From positions 11,594,001 to 11,658,000 of the forward strand of contig CP075492.1 in NCBI GenBank assembly GCA_021613535.1: DNA of 64,000 nt. Direction: 5' to 3'. The translations under genes and the position numbers were made by a program. This DNA comes from Adineta vaga. Lineage: Eukaryota; Animalia; Rotifera. The notes below the pieces were generated by a model that was given only the letters and a program-made list of their open reading frames with translations, had not been told where the DNA came from and searched no databases. This document shows, piece by piece, positions 54,312 to 64,000 of this stretch; position 1 is the first letter of the stretch, and each line of letters starts with the position of its first letter.

Positions 54312-55647
54312 TCAATTCATTGAAAATTTTGTCAATTGTTTCAATCCCTTGTATTTTTTTGGTCGTACATTTCTATTTCCAAGCTTTGGACATGTACCAT
54401 AATCAATAATATTGATATATTGCTCTTTTTCACATTGATCAAGTAATAATGAACAATAATTTTTATATAAATTTTCATTATTACCACATACCGGAATATT
54501 CATACTGCATTCGCCACTGTGCTTGAGAAACTCTATAGAATATTGACAACGAATGCAAGTGGGACGTGAACGTTTGGAATAGACACAACGTTCCGATGGT
54601 TCGCATAAATCTGGTCGACATTCGCGTTCTAGTTGATTATTGAAAATTTAAAATACTAACTTGAAAACAATTATTCTTACCGCAAGAACCTTTATGGGCA
54701 AGATCAGGCGTATAACCCCGTCGGTCTACATTTAAACGCATAGCACATATATTCGGATAAGTTACTCCATTTGTACCACACACAGGTTCAGGATCTAATA
54801 TTGGATTGCAATGATTTTTCGGATAACACATAGGTTCACCAGTATTTTTTATTAATAAACAAACTTTATCATGGGGACATCGAACATCTCGACAATCCTC
54901 TATTAAAGACGAAATAAACTATCTATTTTTGTTTTCAATCATTTCAAGACATACTTTGACATTCTCCATCATATCTTTTATATAATGCTGATTGATGCTG
55001 TGAACATGCCCACGCACGCATATGACACTCTGATTTGAACGTCATATTATTCGATGCACAGATTGGTTGTTGATCAAATGAATCCGATGAAATACATGAT
55101 GCCTCACTACATACACACATTGCTTCTTCATTGATCAACTGACATTCTTGACCAAGTCCGCAATCAATATCACATCGTTTCGGCAAGACTATGAAAGAAA
55201 TTTTTCTTTTTCATGAATTTTATCCTGAGAAAGAATAGATCTTTAGATCAATATTTCAAAATTTCTCATGCGTCATCTTAATCTAAATCTATACATACCA
55301 TTTACATCACGGCAATTTTCCGCATAAATATAATCATCAAGTTCAACAAGGTTCTCATCCGAATAATATAATCCAGTACATTGTTCTTCGGTTGTATTAA
55401 TTTCACTCACATCATAACATACATCCATGGCACGACTATAAAAACAATTGCCAGCTAGATAAAAACAATTAGATATTAATTTATACGAAATATGAATGAA
55501 CTAAGTATCGAAATAGAATGTTATTGATTCTCTCTGATCTTTGGAAAGTTTTCGCTCATAGAATATAAACATACCTTGAATATTAAGAATTATTTGAGAA
55601 TAAAGGAGAACACATGTAAACGTCGTTGTATAGATAGAAGACAACAT
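54312..55647 (-). CDS. FST: Follistatin
   Basis: Signal peptide exon, N-domain starting AGNC, three follistatin/Kazal domains (PICASNNMTFKSEC, PVCGTNGVTYPNIC, PVCGNNENLYKNYC). Confidence 0.85.
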
Positions 55648-58600
55648 TATCAACTGTGAACTAGTTCTTAGTTGTAATTTGTAGAAATGCTTAAATTCTA
55701 CAGTGGAAGCTGATGTCTAAATAGGAGAAAGAGAGAAAGAATAAGAGAAATAAGAAAAGAAAGAAGAAGAAAATAAGTGAATCAAAAGAATAGACGAGAA
55801 TCTTAAAAAGCATATACAAAACAGAAAAGAAGCGTTAGTTTTCTGACATGGTACAAGTTAGTTAATAATTCATGTTCATAAGAGGCATAAGAAAAAAGTG
55901 TAAACATGCTTTCTTTCGTTGGGAAACTTGTATATTGTTCTGCTTACGATTGTATGAAGATGAAAAGGAAACAAATGACATCAATTGATCGTTAATTTCA
56001 TATTTTTTTCCTTCCTTCTGTGTAAATCCTTATTTTCCACCTACAAGATTGTTTTCTCTGTTAATATCTCATTTAATGAACTTGATTTTCTACTTCTACG
56101 TAGGCGATCATGAGTATGTCTCAATAATGTTTACATCCATATTCAAATAACAATACTGTTTCTCTTCCGATAGAAAATATTTTTCTAACTCGAGAAATTA
56201 TATTTATATTTATATGTATTTGATTACATACAAGTACATATCAAACAATCGTTTGATTGAGAAGTCATGTTCGTTTTGACAGAGCGTAGGCATGAAGTAT
56301 ACTTATTCATAGATCAACTTTTCTTCAACGTTGGCGTTGACGAACAGACACATCGATGACGTCGTATCAGTTGATTTTCTTAGCATGATTAACATAATAA
56401 TAGAATTTTATCATACTTAATCAATGTTAACATACACGTAAAGAAATTTTCTCTTTCTACAACGAAATAACGTCCTTGACAATTTACTTTCGTTAATTAT
56501 ATAAACAAACATTTGAAATCTTGACAGTTATCTTTTCAACAAAAAAAAAACAACTGTCTGTGACGCATTGTAAATATTTTTTTATTGACATTTTAATCGG
56601 ATTTTTGACATAAAGACTTTTTTTGTAATTGTCAATATTGATGTAAATTCATTATTAATGACGTCAAAGGAAGGACTTATATTTTTGTAATAATAAACGA
56701 AATTTGTCAACTTTCAAAAAAGAAACCATGTTTTGAGTATACTATTTATATACAATCATAGGATACAGACATATGGAAACATTAGTCTTTCTGTTACCTG
56801 GAAATAACTATAACAGAACAAATGAACGAGCATTGCCAGTAATTAACGTTTATTTTTACTTGTTTATATTTGAAAAGGTACAGGAAAGTTAAAACACTTA
56901 TAATTAGAGACTTCTAAGTCATATTTTATGGTTGATAAAATTACACGCTACTTCAAAATTTATATAACTTTTTGAAAAATGTGCCATGGTCTGATGATTT
57001 CATATATGACTGACTACAGAAAAGGTTCAAAATTTGTTCTTCGTAAGAGAACAGTCGTGACTTTAGAAAACAAAACGGAATCATCACATGCCGATATAAT
57101 CTGTCAGTCTTAATAAGTTTTCAAAAAGAAGATAATATGACATCTATATGTTAAGTTGACAAAGACGTTGAATAATGTATGTGTGTTATTCAACCGATTT
57201 TCATCAAGTATTTGTCTATTATGATGTAGAGCGTGTCATAAAACAAATATTTTGTTTTTTCAAAAAGAATATTTTAACTACTTATTGATTAAATCAATAT
57301 TGAACGGTATATATATATTAGGCTAGAATGATTTCTTATCTTTTATATCGTCATCGGAGTGACGTCAATATAGATATTAACATATCCATGCACGGCATGA
57401 TTATTAAAGAATAAACAGTGTCTTCACGCGAACAACAAATGCAGATGATAACCAGTGGATTTTCTTTCTACAATCTCATTTTATGACTTATGATTTTGTA
57501 AAAATATGAGAAAAAAACTTATAGTTCATATTATACAGCTGCAGAGTGTCATGATATTTTATGAAAGATATGACTTCAATTCTTTTAGCATTTGTGGAAT
57601 AATTTTATTAATTATTAATAGTACGTTCTATTTATTTTGAAAGAACAGTTGTGAAAATTGTCTTATGTCGAACATATGTGTTAATCAGACAAGAACGCAT
57701 GATATTTCCAGACATTCAGTGCTAGACAACTGACATTTATAATTAGGTATTGATGCTGTTTTACATATTGTAAAGAGAAAACCAGTAACCTATTCTCCAG
57801 ATGAAATATCGTTCGGAAAGAACAAAAATAAGTTTCAAATGAAGAATAATTGGAAACGGCTATGATATTTTCGAAAGATTCAATATCCAGTTGTATTTTA
57901 TATATCTATTTGGATAGTCGTATTTTTCATAATATACACTGCGAGATTTTTGTAATAAAACGTCTATTTCAATGTCAGTGTCTTGTTGAAGGGATATGAA
58001 TTCTGATTAGAAGTTGATCGTTAAAGTGTTTATCATCATAAATTATTGCAGAAAAAGATTAATTTTCGTTTTTATATAAAAAAGAACATTTTACAACTTT
58101 TTCATACAGTTATGAGTCATAATAATTATTTGATAGGTTCTGTTGTACTCGTTGCATTCGATATAATTGAAACCTTACAGAACTAAAGAAATGTCATGTA
58201 CTTTCAAATAAAAGAAAATTATATATAGAACGGAATGAAAAAATTTCTCATATAGACATTAACTATTAATATTACTTATTATTGTATAATTAGTATATTA
58301 TAATATGGAATTACATTCTTTCAATTTAGTAATTAGGAATATATTTGTTATCCTGGATGATTACATTCTGTAGACAGCTACTTTGAAAAACTGATGCATT
58401 CCTACTCTTACGAATTATATGTAGATAGACATATTGAAGTTTATCTTGATGTCAACAATAGTTTCAAATGGAGTTTTTACCACCAAACATTGTTGTTACT
58501 CTTTTACATGAAGTGAGTTCTAGCTTGATTTGTAACAAGAGGATTGCTTTCAATTATTCATCATAATATTGCTCTGTAGATTATTAGAACTGGTATTAGG

Positions 58601-59128
58601 TTGCCAATTCCGTATTACTAGTAGTTAGGTGATGAGAATCACTGTGTAGTTGGCAAACATTCTTTTTTTTTATATCACATGATAGAGCGTGAAAGGAAAA
58701 TTACTGTGGACCATTTATCACCCGAAGGTACTACGATATCATGAAAAAGTTCGAAGAATTCAATGTTGTTGATGGCCGCCAACTTAGATCTCGCAAAGTG
58801 ATTTGCATCGCTCTTTTTCTATTTTTAAGCTTAAGTCTGTGGTAGATCGCTGTTTCTTCGATACAAAGCATGACTAAATTATGAATTTTCTTAATCAACA
58901 TTTCAGATATTTGATGATTTGTTGATTATGCATTCTATTAATTTTTATCGTTTGAATATGTCAAATCTAATTGCTACTCTACAATAACAAATACGAAAGA
59001 CAATTATTTGTGTTCTTTGATTCAATGAAATATATGTGCGTCAAGAATGAACATTTTCTTCAAGTAGAATTCAACAAAATTCGACGAACAAATTTCTTAT
59101 GGATAGATTTTCTTACTATTATTCATTT

Positions 59129-60968
59129 TCATTTGATTGAAAGTGGGGTTAATTTTGCATTTCCATTTAATGTTTCGATAAATTCTACTGCCTCAAGCAA
59201 TAATCCAAGTTTATTGTCGGTATTGATTGAAATTATAGAAGAATTTTCTTCAAGAATTTCTGGTTTACGTCGACGATGATAGTACAACGAGATTGATTCG
59301 ATGTTCTGAGTGGCATCAATGGAAATTTTCAAACAGGGTGCAATAATTTCAGGCAAATTTGACACTGTTTGGTCTGGCTTTTTGTCTGAACAATCTAAAG
59401 TTGGCAGCGGTCTTGTTTTCGTTGTTTTCGTTTTTGCATCATGTACTTTAAAACAGTCAATCGACTTCGATCTGTAATACGCCGTAGTTCCTTTCTCGTT
59501 CGAATATCTTTGATAGATGATTTTCTATACTTTTGTTTGCCGATCAAAGATTTAGTTTTCGATAATAACTTTACACTGCGGATTTGTGCTTTAGTTGACA
59601 CTTGTTCCATAGACTTTTGTGAAACTCTATCTCGTTTCTTTCTCTCTCTTTTAGGATTGGTTAGTGTAGATATTGAAGTAGTATGAGTGATAGTTTCCTG
59701 TGAAATAGCATCAGAAATCGTTGGCTTATTGTTTGTGGGTATCATTGTGGAAGAAATCCCACCACATTGTGAATGCACATAAGGCAATAACCGATGTAAA
59801 TGATAGGATGCATGATCTGTAAATGAATCGTTATTGGTTGATTTGTGTATTAGAGAATATTCTTGTGAATCAAAATATTGCTGTAACCTCGAATTTGCTT
59901 CAACGATATCCGTAAAAGTTCTTGATGAGGAAGATTGTTTGATTGGAACAACAGAAGACTCATTGTTACTATTCATTGGTGAAGATTTGGTGGAACTTAT
60001 CGAGGAAGATGGTGTTAAGGACACAAAATTGGTACTCATTACTGCATCTTTAGATACACACTGTTCATCCGGTGGAAAAGGAGATAGAGTAACTGTTGAC
60101 GGTATAATTGATGGCAAACCATTTGAATATGTTGGTTGTATGGGAACCGTTGAATGTGAAGAAAATTGTTGTGGTGGCTGAGATTGTTCCTCGGAGGCCA
60201 CCTTACACATTCTTTTAGAATATTCTTAATGGAATGATTAATTCGTATGTATTAACAACTGAGACAAACCATCTCTTACTTACTTCTTTTTGTTTTCTTT
60301 GATACAACTGGAGGTACTGATATCGATGTTAATGGCCTGGGAAGCGAATGACGACGATCGACTTCTCTCAAATTTTGATCAACATATAACAATTGAGGAT
60401 AAATATGTTTATATATATTGTTTTGAGTTGATGGTAGAGGCAATGTTTTCGCGTTGAGATGATTACCTAAAAATGACTCGTATTCACAAAACGCGGATTG
60501 TGTCATAATTCGTGGTACCGAGTTCGCGTTTGTGATTAGTGTAGACTCATTAGTTTGTATGGAGTTTCGTTGACTTTGAAATGGTGATGAACAATTTAAA
60601 GGTATGGGAAATGATGATTTTTGTTTATGACTCGTAGTACTCCCATTGGTGTCACACGAATTATTCGTAAACAGTTTGAAATATCGCTGAGAATCATCTA
60701 TATGTTGCGTTGGTAGAAAAAATGGCAAAGATTGAGGCGTCGTCGAAGTCATGCCTGCCGATCCTCTAGATATCTGTGGATTAATTACTACAGGAATGGT
60801 TTCATTTAATTGAGTTGGTTTTTTTCGACGAGGTTTTGTTCCTAAAGGCGAATAGTGTGTATCGGTCAATAACGAATAGATTTGTGGTTGACTTTGATCT
60901 TGCAATCCATTGTTTCGTGTTGGTAGCATACCAGCTTGTACAGCAGAGTTGGCTTGTAAGGGTAGCAT
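59129..60968 (-). CDS. Uncharacterised Ser/Thr/Pro-rich, probably nuclear protein with basic region and C-terminal SID-like motif; apparent frameshift near 59416
   Basis: Three adjacent same-strand ORFs, intron ~60218-60280; NLS-like KPRRKK and KRERKKR; terminal KLGLLLEAVEFIE. Confidence 0.6.
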
Positions 60969-62997
60969 TATTTTTTTTCTGAAATCAACAAGAATCCTGA
61001 TTGAAAGGTAAAGGAACTAAACTTGATAAAGAATGCATAATTTCGAAAAAACCTAGTTGGATTTTAGTACCTATGCACAAATTTTATCAACGAATAAATA
61101 ATATCCACAGAATCTTATCTCTGTGAAATATAAAGTAAAAGGCAAGCGTTACTCTTACGACAATCTTCTATTCTACCTGAGATTGTATAGGTAATGCTAT
61201 GTAAAAAGAAAACGAAGACAGAATAGAATTTGCCTTTTCTTTTTTCATTTCTCTTTTTTATAAATGTAACACTTATAAGCTACATAACGTTGAAAGAATA
61301 CCTTCGCTAAGATGTATCTTGGCTGCTTGTTCTCTCTTCTTTTTTTTGTCAATATTGGTTTTGACTCGAAAAAAAAAGGAAAAAATGATGAAGAATGCAA
61401 ACAATACACATTATACAATTGGTTACACTTTTTTATTTCGTTAACAAAAAAAAATTGATGATTAAACAAAAAGTACAGTCGGTTAGAAACAGAAACAAAA
61501 TACGTCGAAAAACAATAAAAGTTTCGTTTCATACTCACAATTATTGGATGATTGATTCTTGATTTAACTGGGAAAGGAATATAGAAATTCCACAATCGTA
61601 ACTTAGAACAATGATTTTCTCTCACAGTCATAATACAAATACACCATACTTCAATTGATATTTATGTTAGAAATTTTATCGATCATCGGACATATACAAA
61701 ACATGTCAGAATAATAAACAAAACAAAACATTCGAACTAAAGCTTTGTATTTTTTTTCTAAAGATTCGTAGCTGATGCACTCGAAGAAATGGGGACGATA
61801 GGTTGATGAATGCTAAATGTAAAAAAGAGAAAAAAAAGCATTCTGCATGGATCAGTCAATCGTCGTTTGCCGTTCTCGCCAATTTTCGATGAAAGTTTTC
61901 TTGGTCTGTGAAACCTTCCATTACGAAGGTAACTGAAATTGTTTGCGAACAAACCATGAGAAATATTTTCAATTTGATTGATTTTATACAATTTTTCGAC
62001 GAGAAGTTTCATCTTATCCACTAAAAAGTGCGCACTCAAATATTTACAGCATTTTTTATTGTCAAAAGATAATACGTATATAACCATATAATCAATCTAT
62101 TCAATAGTAACTATTGATAATTCTTATTTTCTACGAATCTAGAAATGATTTTTATGTTCAATTTGTCAATATCATATGAATAAACAAATCCGCATGTTTT
62201 CTTTTCATCGAATAGTATAATTAGAAAAGATTTGATTATCTTATACAAAAACTAATAAGAATGTAAGATTGTTTTCCGTCTGAAAAAAGAAAGCATAACT
62301 ATTCTCTGAAATGGCACATTTTTTACGCGTCGAAACAACGCCATGTTGTTTTCCATTTGCTTCATCTATGTTTTTGTGCTTTGCATCATTTACCATACTT
62401 TAGATAAATATATCAGACAGATAACAATAAAAAATAAAGACCGATAATCATTCACCTTCATCCATATCATATTAACGAATCAAAATCCATGTATTCCTAT
62501 TATCAATTTACAATCACCTGATTTTAATCAATTTTGACAAAATAAGAAGAAGAAGAAAGAAATCATGTTGACATATGCATTCGGTAATTATTCCCTAGTA
62601 AATCAGTTTCTACAAATCATCAATAAGAGAAGAATTCCGTCTGTTTTTCGATACTTTCTTTTCTCTATTTACAATGTTATTTTGATTAAATACAATGCAT
62701 ATATAATTAAACAATGAATGATTCATAAAAAACGTATACATGAGGAAAATAGAAAACATATATGTGTAGGTAACACCATCAACGCGTTTTACAACCTATG
62801 TATTCTTTTTTACAAACATGTGCTTATAATACTTGTTATTGTCGATAAGCTCGTCTCAGTATTTCTTACAGCAACAAATCGATTTTTTTTTACGTTGTTT
62901 GTTCTTCAGGTATTTACATATATTTCTTATTAGAATATTTATGAAATTATTTTCTTTTTGTAGAAGAATTAAAAGATTTTATTCAAAATATTAAACC

Positions 62998-64000
62998 ATG
63001 CTTTCGACGGAAAAAGATATTTATCGACTTGTGCCTTATCGATTTTTTTTCAATGAAATTAGTGCCGACAAATGTAAATTAGAGAAATTAACTAATCTTT
63101 TTCCAGAAATGAAAGCAATTATTGAATTAGGTAGATCGATTCACACATAGATTTTGGTTTATATTTTTTTTTCTATAGAATCATTTAAATTTAATAATTT
63201 AAATCGAATGATTGAACGACTTTCACAAATCTATTCCGTTTCAACCGTTATAGATAAACGGGATGATACTTGTCATGTTTTTCTTGGTCCCTATCATCTT
63301 TCGCTTGGACCAGCAATTTTTAGTGCGATTCATTTCAAGAATATATCAATTGCATTATTATCAAGTTCACATATCGACACAACGAATGATCATACAAATC
63401 AACATAAAAATCGAAGACATGAAGCTATTCTTCGACGTTTTCGACGTGCTGTACGAAAATTGATTTTAATTAAATCAATTATTGATAAACTTCGATTAGC
63501 ATCAATATTAACGCCATATAATCAATATGAATTATATACTCGAGGAATATATGATCTTGTTCTAGCTGGACATTTACATAATGGTAATTCAAACTTAACT
63601 GATGATAGTTTTATTCAACAAGTTAATGAGTTTCGTTCGATGGATAAATCCGAAAGAGAAACATTAGTTGCCTCGAAATATATGAAAATAAGTGCTTTAC
63701 TTCATTTAATTTCACCAACACCAAGTTTACATCAAGCAGATAATAATAGAACGATCGGAAACGAACATCAACCTCTATCTGATACATCTAATTCTTATCT
63801 AATGAATGAAAATCAATCTGAATCGTTAACTGAACCTATGTGTTGTCCGCAACATTGTCAAGAAGAATCTTTGATCAGATTTCCAGTTCGTCGATCAATA
63901 AGTCATCAATCGTCTCAATTCGTTGCCACTGAATCACGTTCAAGATTGAATACGAATCCTAGTACACGTAGAAAATCATCAGTAGTGCTTGGAAAAAACA
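62998..64000 (+). CDS. Uncharacterised protein, runs off the window end
   Basis: aaaccATG at 62998 (MLSTEKDIYRLVPY..), intron ~63131-63178, then a stop-free frame to 64000 containing the basic amphipathic segment ILRRFRRAVRKLILIKSII. Confidence 0.65.

Noticed and set aside
56000-58970. Possible decayed transposon or pseudogene in the long intergenic region
   Set aside because: No recognisable domain, terminal repeat or sustained ORF was visible by eye.

Overview
AT-rich, gene-dense animal DNA with many short (~50-80 nt) GT-AG introns; gene content and style suggest a bdelloid rotifer (inference). About 20 protein-coding genes can be assembled by eye. In order: xanthine dehydrogenase-family enzyme, a JmjN/degenerate-JmjC plus 2xRRM protein, prolyl 4-hydroxylase alpha, polyubiquitin (9 units), a 55-aa small ORF, Tudor-less SMN, a secreted 10-Cys peptide, SHB/SHF-like SH2 adaptor, CFAP126/Flattop, RSL24D1, a class A GPCR, PDIA3, an unknown ORF, a large secreted protein with 11 x 15-aa repeats and ~8 bacterial YbaY/YscW-like domains, two more class A GPCRs, DOP1, a small USPL1-N-like Zn-ribbon protein, VHS-less HGS, a coiled-coil protein, follistatin and two unknowns. 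Most notable: the YbaY-like tandem-domain protein (candidate domesticated horizontal transfer), the pseudo-demethylase-RRM fusion, a 71-nt mutually exclusive exon pair in P4HA, a 12-nt microexon carrying the PDIA3 CGHC site, and an operon-like 63-nt gap upstream of DOP1. Four genes show small deletions/frameshifts that may be assembly errors. No rRNA, tRNA, CRISPR or intact transposase was recognised. All family assignments are from remembered motifs, not database searches.
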